64,000 bases of DNA from positions 3,326 to 67,325 of the forward strand of contig MGKQ01000017.1 of NCBI GenBank assembly GCA_001795735.1, written 5' to 3'. A program made the translations under genes and the position numbers. Each line of letters opens with the position of its first letter. Within the stretch, counting starts at the first letter, position 1. The stretch is from Candidatus Yanofskybacteria bacterium RIFCSPLOWO2_02_FULL_41_13 (GTDB taxonomy: Bacteria > Patescibacteriota > Minisyncoccia > 2-02-FULL-40-12 > GWA2-44-9). The notes beneath the pieces are model-generated. The model was not told the origin of the DNA. It did not search any database and saw only the letters and a program-made list of their open reading frames with translations. Positions 19,057-29,655 of this stretch are shown one piece after another.

Positions 19057-19974
19057 ATTCCGGAACTTCCAGAGGTAGAAACAATTGTCAGGGAATTGCG
19101 CAAAAAAATAATCGGTTTGAGAATAACCGATTTTTGGTCCGATAAAGAAAAGCCTGTCAAACAAGCTGGGGGAGTGGCTAAGTTTAAGAAAGAAATTACC
19201 GGCAAAGAAATAGTGGGCATTTTCCGTCGAGCTAAATTCATAGTTATTGATATTAAGGGCAATAAGTCAATTTTTATTCATCAGAAAATATCCGGCCACC
19301 TTATGTACGGCCAATGGAAGTTAAAAGTTAAAAGTGAAAAGTTAAAAGTGAAAGAAAAAGATCAAGAAACATGGATCTCGACAATACCGGGTCCTCTAGA
19401 AAATGACCGGCAAAATCAGTATATCCGATACATTTGGACATTAAGTAATGGTTATCAGCTGGCGATGTCAGATTTACGCCGTTTTAGCAGAGTAATCTTA
19501 GTTAAAGACAAGGATGTCTCAAACCTTAAAGAAATACGCAATCTGGGGCCGGAGCCTTTAGATATAAAATTTGATCAGTTTAAGAAATTATTTCAAACAA
19601 AGAGAGGGAGTTTAAAGCCTGCCTTAATGGACCCGTTCTTTATCGTCGGCATAGGCAATATATACAGCGACGAAATACTCTGGGACGCCGGCTACCACCC
19701 CTTGTCCAGAGTCGAAAAGCTCAAAGAATTAGACTTGATAAAAATATTCCGGTCAACTAATAAAATTTTAAAAAAAGCGATAAAATTAAAGGGTGACAGC
19801 ATGGACGATTACCGTCTGCCGTCTGGAGAAAAAGGGGGCTATCAAAACATCCAGAAAGCCTATCAGCAGACTGGTAAAAAATGTGCAAAAAAAGACGGAG
19901 GAACAGTCCAAAGAATCAAAGTCGGCGGACGATCGGCCCATTTCTGTTTTAAACATCAAAAAATAATAAAATGA
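19057..19974 (+). CDS. mutM: Formamidopyrimidine-DNA glycosylase (probable ATT start)
   Basis: PELPEVET N-terminus preceded by ATT, GIGNIYSDE H2TH motif, degenerate C-terminal Zn finger. Confidence 0.9.
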   Translation: MPELPEVETIVRELRKKIIGLRITDFWSDKEKPVKQAGGVAKFKKEITGKEIVGIFRRAKFIVIDIKGNKSIFIHQKISGHLMYGQWKLKVKSEKLKVKEKDQETWISTIPGPLENDRQNQYIRYIWTLSNGYQLAMSDLRRFSRVILVKDKDVSNLKEIRNLGPEPLDIKFDQFKKLFQTKRGSLKPALMDPFFIVGIGNIYSDEILWDAGYHPLSRVEKLKELDLIKIFRSTNKILKKAIKLKGDSMDDYRLPSGEKGGYQNIQKAYQQTGKKCAKKDGGTVQRIKVGGRSAHFCFKHQKIIK

Positions 19975-21005
19975 GAGGGATTATAAAAAAGTTATCCGAA
20001 TTGACTATCAATCAAGTGCTAATTATCGGCGGAGCGATAGCTTTTATTTTTATCGTGGCTTTCTTTGTGTGGTGGCAAAAAGGAGGAGGGATTGAGATAA
20101 ATAATAACGGCGATTCCGACACAATAAGCAACCTCCCTAAAAGCCTGATTACCGGTTTGGGCTGCGAGGGAGCCGAAAACAGGCCCATAGCTGTAATGCT
20201 GGCTTCTGATCCGATTACCAGACCGTTGTCGGGTATAAGCCAAGCCGATATTGTCTTTGAAATGCCAGTTACACCAAGCGGGTTAACCAGGATTATGGCT
20301 GTATATCAATGCGAGAGTCCGGATGAGATCGGATCGGTAAGGTCGGCCAGAGAAGATTTTATTCCTTTAGCGGCAAGTTTAGGGACCGTGTTTGCCCACT
20401 GGGGAGGAGAGACAGAAGCCTTAGAAAAATTGGACGGACATATTATAGATAATATTGACGCGATGAGATATGAGACTGTCTACTTTTATAGAAAGTCCGG
20501 AATACCTCAGCCTCATAACGGGTTTACCGACTTTGAGCGCCTAGAGAAAGCGACCAAAGACTTAAAATACGATCAAAAAAATACATTTACGGGTTATCCT
20601 CGCTCTAATCAAGATTCTCCAAAAAATATTTTGAATTTGGCTGATACGATTTCTATCAACTACGAACCGCCTTTTAATATAAGTTGGCTTTACAAGAAAG
20701 ACGAGAATACCTATGCCAGAATTCGCGGAGGCAGTCCGGAAACGGATAAGAATAACGGAGTGCAGGCCCTTGCCAGCGTTGTAATAGTAATGAAAACGAC
20801 ATCTAGGCCCATAAGTAAGGACTATCAGTCCGTTATAGCTATCGGCAAAGGGAATGCCGATATATATCAGAACGGTGTTAGAATCAGCGGACAGTGGTCA
20901 AAAGATCCAAGCCGACTTGATAGTAAACTATTTTTCTATGATACTAACGGCAAGGAGATTGAATTTACCCCAGGCAAGATATGGGTGGAAATAGTTACAG
21001 AGTAA
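19971..21005 (+). CDS. DUF3048-domain membrane-anchored protein
   Basis: RPIAVM, GISQADIVFE, TRIMA, GSVRSAR, PHN motifs. Confidence 0.85.
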   Translation: MRGIIKKLSELTINQVLIIGGAIAFIFIVAFFVWWQKGGGIEINNNGDSDTISNLPKSLITGLGCEGAENRPIAVMLASDPITRPLSGISQADIVFEMPVTPSGLTRIMAVYQCESPDEIGSVRSAREDFIPLAASLGTVFAHWGGETEALEKLDGHIIDNIDAMRYETVYFYRKSGIPQPHNGFTDFERLEKATKDLKYDQKNTFTGYPRSNQDSPKNILNLADTISINYEPPFNISWLYKKDENTYARIRGGSPETDKNNGVQALASVVIVMKTTSRPISKDYQSVIAIGKGNADIYQNGVRISGQWSKDPSRLDSKLFFYDTNGKEIEFTPGKIWVEIVTE

Positions 21006-21141
21006 AACCCGAAGCACGAAATCAGAAACAACGTATTTCCATATATTTCGCGAAGCATATTTCAATTCATTTCAGAAATACAATAGAAATAAGGTTGAAA
21101 TACGGTAGAAATAAATTGTTTTTGATATTCTAATTTCGAGT
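21006..21141. repeat. Degenerate ATTTC/GAAAT short-repeat inverted element
   Basis: Run of ATTTC units followed by a run of GAAAT units, closed by AACCCGAA/TTCGAGTT. Confidence 0.45.
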
Positions 21142-21146
21142 TAAAA

Positions 21147-22109
21147 ATGATCATCTTTCTATACGGTTCCGATTCTTATCGTTTAAAGCAGGCTAAAGAC
21201 GATATAATCGGCCGTTACAAAAGTAAGTACAAAAGCGGCTTTAATCTGTTTAATGTTGATTTGTCTGAAATCTCCGGCCCGGATCTTCTGGAAGAAGCTC
21301 TAAAAAGCTCCTCTTTTTTTAGTGAGCACAAACTGATAATCTCTAAAAATATTTTCGCAAAAAAAAATAGCGCCGATTTGATGGCCAGCTGTATTAAAAA
21401 GTATGAGATTGCCGACATATCGGACATCACTCTTCTGGTATTTGAGGATTCCTTGGAAAAGGAAATAATCGTCAAAAATAAAGAGTTATTTAAGCTTCTT
21501 TCAGATAAAACTAATGTTGTGAGGGTATTTGAGCCCTTGGAAGAAACAAAATTACACGGATGGATTAAAAAGGAATTTGAGGTCAGGGGATGCTCTGCGG
21601 GCCTGACAGTGGTCAAAAAACTAATTAACGCCGCAGGTAATGACGGCTGGTCCCTGATAAATGAAATAGAAAAATTGGCTGCTTATAGGCAAAGAGGGGA
21701 GATAGGGGAGGGTGATATATCTATGCTAGTTTCTGCGAAGACCGATCTCAATATATTTAATCTGATTGATGCCATCGGTTCCAGAAATAATAAAAAGGCC
21801 GCTGAACTTCTCTACTGCGAGTTAAAATCCGGCCGTGACCCGTATTATATTTTGACGATGATTACATATCAATTCCGAAACATTTTAATTGTATCCGGTC
21901 TATTTGAAAAAGGTTTTTCTCATGTCGAAATAGCAAAGAAAAGCGGACTCCACCCATTTGTTATAAAAAAAGTATTGGCCAATATTAATCGATTTAAAAC
22001 TGCTGATTTAAAAAGGATCTATACTCAGCTTCTAGGTACAGAAATCGGCTTCAAGAATGGCCAGATGAATATTGAAGACTCTTTATACGGACTTTTCTTT
22101 TCTAGCTAA
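21147..22109 (+). CDS. holA: DNA polymerase III delta subunit
   Basis: MIIFLYGSDSY, NEIEKL, IFNLIDAI, GLHPFVIKK. Confidence 0.92.
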   Translation: MIIFLYGSDSYRLKQAKDDIIGRYKSKYKSGFNLFNVDLSEISGPDLLEEALKSSSFFSEHKLIISKNIFAKKNSADLMASCIKKYEIADISDITLLVFEDSLEKEIIVKNKELFKLLSDKTNVVRVFEPLEETKLHGWIKKEFEVRGCSAGLTVVKKLINAAGNDGWSLINEIEKLAAYRQRGEIGEGDISMLVSAKTDLNIFNLIDAIGSRNNKKAAELLYCELKSGRDPYYILTMITYQFRNILIVSGLFEKGFSHVEIAKKSGLHPFVIKKVLANINRFKTADLKRIYTQLLGTEIGFKNGQMNIEDSLYGLFFSS

Positions 22110-22155
22110 CAACTCCTGAGCTATATACAAAAATTTGATAGGCAACGTAAGGATG

Positions 22156-22206
22156 TTGACTCTCCCATACTTTTGAATTATTCTTTCTACAACAGGGTCT
22201 TTAAAA
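22156..22206 (+). promoter_or_regulatory. sigma70 promoter plus boxA-like motif
   Basis: TTGACT-17nt-TATTCT, then GGTCTTTAAAA at 22196. Confidence 0.65.
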
Positions 22207-22224
22207 ACAAAAAAGGAAGGATCT

Positions 22225-24294
22225 ATGTCGCAAAAAGCTACACCGATTTCTGGTCATGAAAACCTGCTATTCCATCTAAAAGAAGTGACTGAGGGTAAGA
22301 GGAAATTTGAAACGGCTGCCAGGGGCATATCCAGAATGATTCTTGAAAAAAGAATTGAGAAAAAAACCAGAGCTGGAAAGACCGTGTATGATTATGAATT
22401 TTTCCGTCAGGGGTCAAAACATATTATTGGATGGTATGATGAGATTAACGATTTTGTTCACTTCGTAAAAGATGCGGCTGAAGGCGGATCTGCCAAAGAG
22501 AACGCTTTTGTTCTGGTAGGAGAGCCTGGAAATGGCAAGACTTTTTTCGTAGATTTCATTTGCGCAAAATATAGACAATTTTTGTCTAGATCAGAAAATC
22601 ATAAATACACTTTTAAATTTACAGGATTAGATAAAACGCTTAACTACCATAAAAATGTTGCGGAGCTTCATTCTCTAACGTTTGAGGATCCGATGATTCT
22701 GGCCATGAATCTTTACGGCGGCAACGATAAATCAAAAGGTTTTATTGCCGAACAAGGTTTCGGAGATAATCAGATAGATCTTCTATACAATGACTATCGT
22801 TCGCTAGGTGCATCCACAGAATACTTATGGCACAAACTTCTTGCATACTTTAACGGGGATACCCTAAAAGCACTCGAGCAAGTACAGGTTATTCCGGTTC
22901 CAGTTCAAGAAAGTCTGGGTACTATAACCGGTAAATACTCCGCTAAAGATAAAATTACATCTTCGTCTGTTGATCTTCTTGGAGAGGAATCTCTTCAGCT
23001 TATTTTGTTGCTTCCGCCGGGAGATCCAAATAAGTTTGATCTGCGTCGAGGAGCCTTGGCTCGCGTTGCCGGTTCAGGAATACACTTTGCCGATGAAATG
23101 TTTAAAAACAAAACGGATCTTGTTAAAATTTATCTTCAGGTTATTCAGAATAGAAATATAGAACTGGATGGGTTTATTTGGCCCATCGACACCATGATTA
23201 TCGCAACTTCAAACAACTGGGAGTATAACCGCTTTGTTTCCGAGAAGGAAGAATCTCCGATAAAAGACAGGTGCCGAATTTGCTATGTGGGTCATAATAC
23301 CGACTACAAGCTTCAGCAAGAGCTTACAAGATATTCTCTGGGCAGTCAGAAAAAAACAACCGTTCTTGGAAAAAACATGCATGAGGATCCCAATCTTAAT
23401 TACGCTATTTCCGTAGGAATGGCCCTAACTCGCCTTCCTTACTCGGAGAAGCTTACCCCGATTGAAACCATGAAGCTTGAAGCCGGTGAAACGGCTGGCG
23501 AGAAAGGAATTAAAACCTTATCAGAAGTTAAAGATGTCGCAAATGCTAACTCGGATGTTACCAAAAGATGGGGCCAAAAAGGTTTAGGTCATCGTGATGA
23601 GGGCCGAGTTTTGCAGATATTGGCGACTATGTCTGAAAGCAATGAAGGGGAGTGCCTCTTTGCTAAAGATGTTTTTCGGGCCATGGAAAGAGTGATCTTG
23701 GATTACGTTACCGAATCCGCAGACAGGGATAAGTACCTCAAGGATATAAAAATTGCCAAACAATTATACCGTGAACAGGTGAAAAAAACCATCTTTAACG
23801 CTTATCGAGATGATGAAAATGCTATCCGTAAGGACGTTATGTCTTACATTAACATGATTATTGCCGTGGGTGCCGAGAATCTAGGCCCGGACATGATCTG
23901 GACATATATAGATCGCCAAACTCTTAAAACTACATCAATCAAGATTGATACAAGTTTTGTTAACAGCGTAGAAGCGAGACTGGGTCTTTCTAATAATGAA
24001 AGACAAGAGTCGTATCGAAATATGATTAGAAAAATCTTTGGGCAAAAAGCAGTATCAGATCCCAATTATGATTTTATGGATAACCACGAACTGGTAAATG
24101 CAGTAACTCAGGTTAGGTTAGAGTCAGATGTCGCTGGGGCAGGTAGTCTGGTCGGAGCTTTAGCGAATAGAACCAACGAAGAGAATGTTAAGATTTATAA
24201 CAGAATGATAGAAACTATGAAGAAGCTGGGATATTGCACTACATGTGCTCATAAAACAATTGAGTACTTCTGCGAGAAAGATGATGAAAGCTAG
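22225..24294 (+). CDS. prkA: PrkA/YeaG-family AAA+ ATPase (serine kinase family)
   Basis: Walker A GEPGNGKT, Walker B IHFADEMFK, C-terminal LGYCTTCA; adjacent to yeaH and spoVR homologs. Confidence 0.85.
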   Translation: MSQKATPISGHENLLFHLKEVTEGKRKFETAARGISRMILEKRIEKKTRAGKTVYDYEFFRQGSKHIIGWYDEINDFVHFVKDAAEGGSAKENAFVLVGEPGNGKTFFVDFICAKYRQFLSRSENHKYTFKFTGLDKTLNYHKNVAELHSLTFEDPMILAMNLYGGNDKSKGFIAEQGFGDNQIDLLYNDYRSLGASTEYLWHKLLAYFNGDTLKALEQVQVIPVPVQESLGTITGKYSAKDKITSSSVDLLGEESLQLILLLPPGDPNKFDLRRGALARVAGSGIHFADEMFKNKTDLVKIYLQVIQNRNIELDGFIWPIDTMIIATSNNWEYNRFVSEKEESPIKDRCRICYVGHNTDYKLQQELTRYSLGSQKKTTVLGKNMHEDPNLNYAISVGMALTRLPYSEKLTPIETMKLEAGETAGEKGIKTLSEVKDVANANSDVTKRWGQKGLGHRDEGRVLQILATMSESNEGECLFAKDVFRAMERVILDYVTESADRDKYLKDIKIAKQLYREQVKKTIFNAYRDDENAIRKDVMSYINMIIAVGAENLGPDMIWTYIDRQTLKTTSIKIDTSFVNSVEARLGLSNNERQESYRNMIRKIFGQKAVSDPNYDFMDNHELVNAVTQVRLESDVAGAGSLVGALANRTNEENVKIYNRMIETMKKLGYCTTCAHKTIEYFCEKDDES

Positions 24295-24317
24295 GGTGAG
24301 TAGAATGAGGCCTTTTT

Positions 24318-25475
24318 ATGCCCTCTGAATCTTTTGATGAACTTTTAAAAAGAGATGCCTTAAGAGAAAAAGATGGGTTTGAAAAAAGAATAAAAATAAG
24401 ACGTATTCTCGCTGGACCGGGGAAAATAATAGCTATTCCGTATGTTGTTGAAGAAAAGCTTATTCATGGCGATTTTGAGCCAACAGGCGAGCATGGACAA
24501 GATGAAGCAGGGCGCGGTGAAGGTGAGGTTGGAAGCGTGGTAGCTGAAATACCCATCTGGGGTGATGAAGGAGAGGGTGACATAGATTCAGAAAGTGATT
24601 CCAATGCCGGAGACGGTGAGGGGAGTCATGGTATTGAAACGGAAGCCTACCAACTAGGTAAAGAGCTCTCGGAGAAACTAAAGCTGCCCAATCTCAAGGA
24701 TAAGGTAAAAAAGGTGCCGACCGATGAATATATTTACGATTTAACCGACAGACATAAAGGATCCGGCCAGCTTCTTGATAAAAAGGAAACTCTAAAAAGT
24801 ATAATTAAGAGCAATAAGATCCTCGACCGTTTAGATGAGAATAATCCCGATATGACAAATCTTGTGGTTGGTCCGCAAGATAAGGTTTACCGGGTTCTTT
24901 CCAGGGAAAGAATTTGGAAATCACAAGCGGTAGTATTCTTCTTACGAGATTATTCCGGTTCAATGATTGGTTATCCAACCCGGGCAATAATAAGTCAGCA
25001 TCTCATGCTATATTCTTGGCTATTGTTCCAATATGAAAAACTTGTAATCCCGAGATTTATCGTTCACGACACGGTTGCTAAAGAAGTTTCAGTAGATAAT
25101 TACTTCAAAGTAGCTTCAGGCGGGGGAACTCTTATCCCATCTGCGTATAAGCTGATCAACCAGATAGTCGAAGAAGAAAATCTTACTCGTGACTATAATA
25201 TTTATGTTTTTCAAGGAACGGATGGCGATGATTCAGACGAAGGAGAGCTGGCGGTACCGGAGATAGAAATAATATTAAGTTATGTTAACTTGATGGGCGT
25301 AAGTCTTTTAGGAACGCCTTATAATGAGGGCAGAGAAACTGAGTTTGAGAAATATATAAAAATAGGGAGGTTTATTGAAAGAAATAACATTTTTAGAATG
25401 CACAAAATGTCTTATCGCAACCCGAGTGATAAAGAAAATGAGGAGGCAATCAAGGCACTTGTCACCAGCGGGTAG
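24318..25475 (+). CDS. YeaH/YhbH (DUF444) vWA-like protein
   Basis: Gly/acidic linker, LKLPNLK, AVVFFLRDYSGSM MIDAS, FIVHDT, GGT, YNIYVFQGTDGD. Confidence 0.85.
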   Translation: MPSESFDELLKRDALREKDGFEKRIKIRRILAGPGKIIAIPYVVEEKLIHGDFEPTGEHGQDEAGRGEGEVGSVVAEIPIWGDEGEGDIDSESDSNAGDGEGSHGIETEAYQLGKELSEKLKLPNLKDKVKKVPTDEYIYDLTDRHKGSGQLLDKKETLKSIIKSNKILDRLDENNPDMTNLVVGPQDKVYRVLSRERIWKSQAVVFFLRDYSGSMIGYPTRAIISQHLMLYSWLLFQYEKLVIPRFIVHDTVAKEVSVDNYFKVASGGGTLIPSAYKLINQIVEEENLTRDYNIYVFQGTDGDDSDEGELAVPEIEIILSYVNLMGVSLLGTPYNEGRETEFEKYIKIGRFIERNNIFRMHKMSYRNPSDKENEEAIKALVTSG

Positions 25476-25486
25476 AGCTATAAAAT

Positions 25487-25513
25487 TAAAGGACGAATGT
25501 ATCGTCCTTTTTT
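25487..25513 (+). terminator. Intrinsic terminator
   Basis: AAAGGACGA-ATGTA-TCGTCCTTT followed by a T-run. Confidence 0.7.
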
Positions 25514-25599
25514 ATTTTGTGAAGAATACTTGTATTTATCCTATAATTTTATAGATTAGGAGAAGTACATTTAAAATATTACCTAGGTCAGGAGAGATA

Positions 25600-27309
25600 A
25601 TGGAGCTAATAAGTCAAAAAACCAAGGAAATAATGGAAGAATGCAAGAAGCGAGCTTTATCTGCCGGATTGAGTTTTAAAGGAGAAAGCCTGGAGTATAT
25701 AGTAACTAATCAAGGCTTCCTTGAGCTTAGTCCAAAAGTAATGATTCCGACACTGTATGATTTCTGGGCTGATGACGTAGAAATTGTAAGAAATAAGTGG
25801 CTTTACAACGTTTATCCGCACAACCCCTATGAAACGGTTATCAATACAAGGCCTCCCATGTCATTTTACAATGATAATAATCCAGACTGGCTTAATGTAA
25901 TGATATTTTACCATGTTCTAGGCCACATAGATTTCTTTCAGAATAATGTTTTTTTTAGAAATACATGGAATGATGATTTTTGCGGCCAAGCCTTAGCTGA
26001 TAAGCGCCTGATCAACCGAATTCGCGAAGAGATGGGTGACAAAAAAAGATGGGTGGATTATGTAATTGAATTTGCCAGAGGTATCGATAACCTAGTTGGT
26101 TACTACGGTGAACTTGGAGAAGATGACAAGTCTGTATCAGGGAATGTGCTAGGGACACTTTCGGAGAGAATAAGATTTTACTTCGGGGAATTTCTTAAAA
26201 ATCATTATGAGAGCAAGACAGTTCCGATTAAATTCTACTACGACGAAATAAGCCGTCTCAATTTGTCTCAAGAACAGTTTGGTCAAAAGGTCGGAGAAGA
26301 GGTTTTTTTTGATGACCCGTTTCTAAAAAGCAAGTTCCCGGAGTTTAAGAACGCTTTTGAAAAAAAAGACAAGAAAAATAAATTAAAACCGAAAGATATA
26401 CTTCAGTATCTTGTAGAAAATTCAGACTTCATAAATAAGGACGAAAATAAGTGGATGAAGGATATCCTTGGAATAGTAAGAAGGACGTCGTTATATTTCC
26501 AGCCCCAGATAAGAACTAAAAATTCACATGAAGGCTGGGCAAGTCTTTGGCACGAAAGATTGTTTGTAGCTGACCCCAGGATTAAATCTCACGAGGTTGG
26601 TTTTGCCCTGACTAATTCCAAGGTTGTAGTTGATCCGCCTGGCGGAATCGGACTTAATCCGTATATAGGATTCAAGCGTCTTTACGAATTTATCGAAGGG
26701 ATGGCTATGAAAGGAAAACTTTCTGCCGAATATCAATTGCTGGAAGATGCGGAAGCCAGAAAAAACTTTGATAAAAAGCTTGGAGAAGACGCCGGGAAAA
26801 ATACTCTGCTAGAGATAAGAAAGAACCTCAACGACTCCATGTTGGTTAATTTTCTTTCCGACGATGACTTTCAGGATTTTGTTGATAAACACAATCTTTT
26901 TGTGGCCGGACGCCGACTTAACCCGGACAAATTGGTTATCGAAATATATATTAAGTCGCGTAGCGGAAGGGAATATAGAAAAATGCTTAATGACAGCTTA
27001 TACCACCCGCCAAGTATATTAATCAATGAGGATAAGTCCAGGGAAGGAGAGCTTTATCTCGATCATGTATTCGAAGGCAGAACTTTAGTTACAGAATATA
27101 TTCCTGCCGTGTTAATGGGCTTGTCGTATCTTGCCGGAAATACAATTAGCCTAGAAACAACTGAATTTGATATCGAAAGAGAAGAGAGAGAAAATTTACT
27201 TTTTGATCCGGAGTATACGCCTTATTATAAAAGATTTCGAGTTCGTTACACCTGCAAAGATAAGGTCATAGAAAAAACCATGCTTTCCGCAGATGAGATA
27301 GGGGGGTAA
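25600..27309 (+). CDS. spoVR: SpoVR/YcgB family protein
   Basis: YETVINT, HVLGHIDFFQNN, YFQPQIRTK..EGWASLWH, NPYIG. Confidence 0.88.
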   Translation: MELISQKTKEIMEECKKRALSAGLSFKGESLEYIVTNQGFLELSPKVMIPTLYDFWADDVEIVRNKWLYNVYPHNPYETVINTRPPMSFYNDNNPDWLNVMIFYHVLGHIDFFQNNVFFRNTWNDDFCGQALADKRLINRIREEMGDKKRWVDYVIEFARGIDNLVGYYGELGEDDKSVSGNVLGTLSERIRFYFGEFLKNHYESKTVPIKFYYDEISRLNLSQEQFGQKVGEEVFFDDPFLKSKFPEFKNAFEKKDKKNKLKPKDILQYLVENSDFINKDENKWMKDILGIVRRTSLYFQPQIRTKNSHEGWASLWHERLFVADPRIKSHEVGFALTNSKVVVDPPGGIGLNPYIGFKRLYEFIEGMAMKGKLSAEYQLLEDAEARKNFDKKLGEDAGKNTLLEIRKNLNDSMLVNFLSDDDFQDFVDKHNLFVAGRRLNPDKLVIEIYIKSRSGREYRKMLNDSLYHPPSILINEDKSREGELYLDHVFEGRTLVTEYIPAVLMGLSYLAGNTISLETTEFDIEREERENLLFDPEYTPYYKRFRVRYTCKDKVIEKTMLSADEIGG

Positions 27310-27312
27310 TCT

Positions 27313-29538
27313 ATGGGCAAACACGAAACTTTAAAAAGTTTTTATTCCGAAGATACGGCCGAACAAAGGAACAAGACAAAGCTTGCCTTAGAATCTCTTA
27401 AAAGTAGTGTCGAGGGTAAGGAAAAAAGATTAATCCTTGATTTCGAAGATTATCTTGAAATAGCGCGAAAAGAGCCTCGCAGGGTTTTTAGAAATATTTT
27501 CCAACTGTTTTCTGACATGGTAACTAGTTATGTCGGTGAGGGAGAAGATGAATACCCGAATGACCCTGAGAGTATCGGTTTCGTAAAATATAATTGTTCA
27601 AAAATTTTTGAGCAAAGATCCGACAACCCGTTCTTTGCCGATAGATTGTTTGCAAATAGATTTATAGGGCAAATGCGTCTGTTAAAACAGGGGTCTCAAC
27701 AAAATCGGATATACATATACGAAGGTCCACAAGGATGCGGTAAGAGTACGTTCTTAAATAACCTTCTCCGTACATTCGAAGAATACACTGACACCGAAGA
27801 GGGAAGGACCTTTGAAATTTTTTGGGACATTAAGCTGGACGGAAAAGAAGTAAAAGTTTCTTGTCCAAGCCATGACAATCCGATACTCCTCATCCCTAAG
27901 AGCTATCGAATCTCTTTTCTTGACAACCTGCTTTCACCGGAGAAATTAACAGAATTAGATTACCAGCTTACTCATGAAAAAGAATATGAGTGGTTATTTA
28001 AAAATGAGGCTTGCACTATTTGCAAATCTCTTTTCAGGGCGTTGATTGATAAGGTCGGTTCTCTAGATGCAGTCTTAAAAATGGTTAAGGTGCGTTATTA
28101 CAAGTTTGACCGGAGGTTAGGAGAGGGGATTAGTGTTTTTAATCCCGGCGATAAACCGATGAAGGAAGCTTACTTAACTGACAAACAAATTCAGGAAAAA
28201 CTCGATGAAACTTTCGGAGCTAATCTTGTAAAATACGTATTTTCGCGTTACGCCAAAACGAATAATGGCATCTATGTTTTAACCGATATAAAATCACACA
28301 ATAAAGACCGGCTTTTAGAACTTCATAATGTTATTTCTGAGGGCGTGCACAAGGTCAATGGAATAATAGAAGAAAGTATAAGTTCCCTTTTTATTGCTCT
28401 AATGAACCCGGAGGACAAAAAGAGTATAGAAGATGAGAAGGTCGGATCACTGCAGGGGAGAATAAGATATACAAAAATATCCTATGTGCTGGATGTACCA
28501 ACTGAGGTTAAAATATATCATAGTATATTCGGGGACCAAATCAATTCTTATTTTCTTCCCGGGGTGTTAGAAAACTTTGCAAGAATAATAATTTCTTCGA
28601 GAATGAACTCAGAGTCTAAGCCACTTCAAGAATGGATTCCCGATGTTAAAAAATATAAAAAGTACTGTGATGAATCCGGCTTGCTTTTAAGGATGGAGAT
28701 TTACAGCGGAGTAATTCCAGCGTGGTTGTCCGAAGAAGATAAAAAGGGATTAACAGCTAAATTCCGACGCAGACTTATTGCTCAAGGCGAACAAGAAGGA
28801 GAAGGCGGTTTTTCGGTCAGAGATTCAATAAGATTTTTTGGCGAATTCGTTAACCGTTATTGCGGTAAAACAAGTTTGGCAAACATGCGCAATGTTTCCG
28901 ACTATTTTAAAAAGGTTTTAAGCAGAGAGCAGAGAAATCAGAATATACCGCCGAAATTTATTGATTCAGTTGTAGATTGGTACAACTATACGGTTCTCAG
29001 CCAGATAAAAGAATCCCTTTATCTCTATGATAAAAAGCAGATATCGGAGAATATTCTAAATTATCTTTATGCGATTAATTATGATGTCGGCAACAAAGTG
29101 AGATGTAATTGGACTCAGCAAGATTTCGAAGTGACCCTGGAATTGTTAAAAACAACAGGCTCTTACTTTGTGGGTAAAGAGCTGGACGATAGAAACACTC
29201 TTAATTTAGCAAGAAGCCTTCAGCTAAAGTATGTTGAAGTTATTGCTCAAGGAAAAGAAAGTAAAATAGTAGAAACGGAACTGTATTGTAATTTGTTCGA
29301 TTCCTATATCAGACATCTTAAAGAAAGGACTTTCGAGCCGTTCTTAAAGAATAATAACTTCAAAGACATCGTATCATCTTTCGGAACCAAAGAGTTTGAG
29401 ACATTTGATACTCGCCTGAAGCTGCATGTTTCCCACATGATTAAAAACTTGATAGAGAAATTTAACTATACCGAGAGGGGTGCCAAAGAAATTTGTTTGT
29501 ATGCAGTAGATCAAAGTTTGGTTGAAAAGTTCTCTTAA
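27313..29538 (+). CDS. Second, divergent PrkA-like AAA+ protein
   Basis: Walker A GPQGCGKS, CPSHDNP, ACTIC, NNGIYVLTDIK (degenerate Walker B), FNYTERGAKE C-terminus. Confidence 0.8.
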   Translation: MGKHETLKSFYSEDTAEQRNKTKLALESLKSSVEGKEKRLILDFEDYLEIARKEPRRVFRNIFQLFSDMVTSYVGEGEDEYPNDPESIGFVKYNCSKIFEQRSDNPFFADRLFANRFIGQMRLLKQGSQQNRIYIYEGPQGCGKSTFLNNLLRTFEEYTDTEEGRTFEIFWDIKLDGKEVKVSCPSHDNPILLIPKSYRISFLDNLLSPEKLTELDYQLTHEKEYEWLFKNEACTICKSLFRALIDKVGSLDAVLKMVKVRYYKFDRRLGEGISVFNPGDKPMKEAYLTDKQIQEKLDETFGANLVKYVFSRYAKTNNGIYVLTDIKSHNKDRLLELHNVISEGVHKVNGIIEESISSLFIALMNPEDKKSIEDEKVGSLQGRIRYTKISYVLDVPTEVKIYHSIFGDQINSYFLPGVLENFARIIISSRMNSESKPLQEWIPDVKKYKKYCDESGLLLRMEIYSGVIPAWLSEEDKKGLTAKFRRRLIAQGEQEGEGGFSVRDSIRFFGEFVNRYCGKTSLANMRNVSDYFKKVLSREQRNQNIPPKFIDSVVDWYNYTVLSQIKESLYLYDKKQISENILNYLYAINYDVGNKVRCNWTQQDFEVTLELLKTTGSYFVGKELDDRNTLNLARSLQLKYVEVIAQGKESKIVETELYCNLFDSYIRHLKERTFEPFLKNNNFKDIVSSFGTKEFETFDTRLKLHVSHMIKNLIEKFNYTERGAKEICLYAVDQSLVEKFS

Positions 29539-29541
29539 TTA

Positions 29542-29564
29542 ATCCCGCATCTGCGGGGTTTTTT
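29542..29564 (+). terminator. Intrinsic terminator
   Basis: ATCCCGCA-TC-TGCGGGGT followed by a T-run. Confidence 0.65.
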
Positions 29565-29655
29565 ATATCACCGCAGAACCAACCGGTTAATTGTTGCTTT
29601 TATTGTTTATTTCATTATACTTCCGATAACGTTGGTTCTTTAAAAAGGATTGGTC

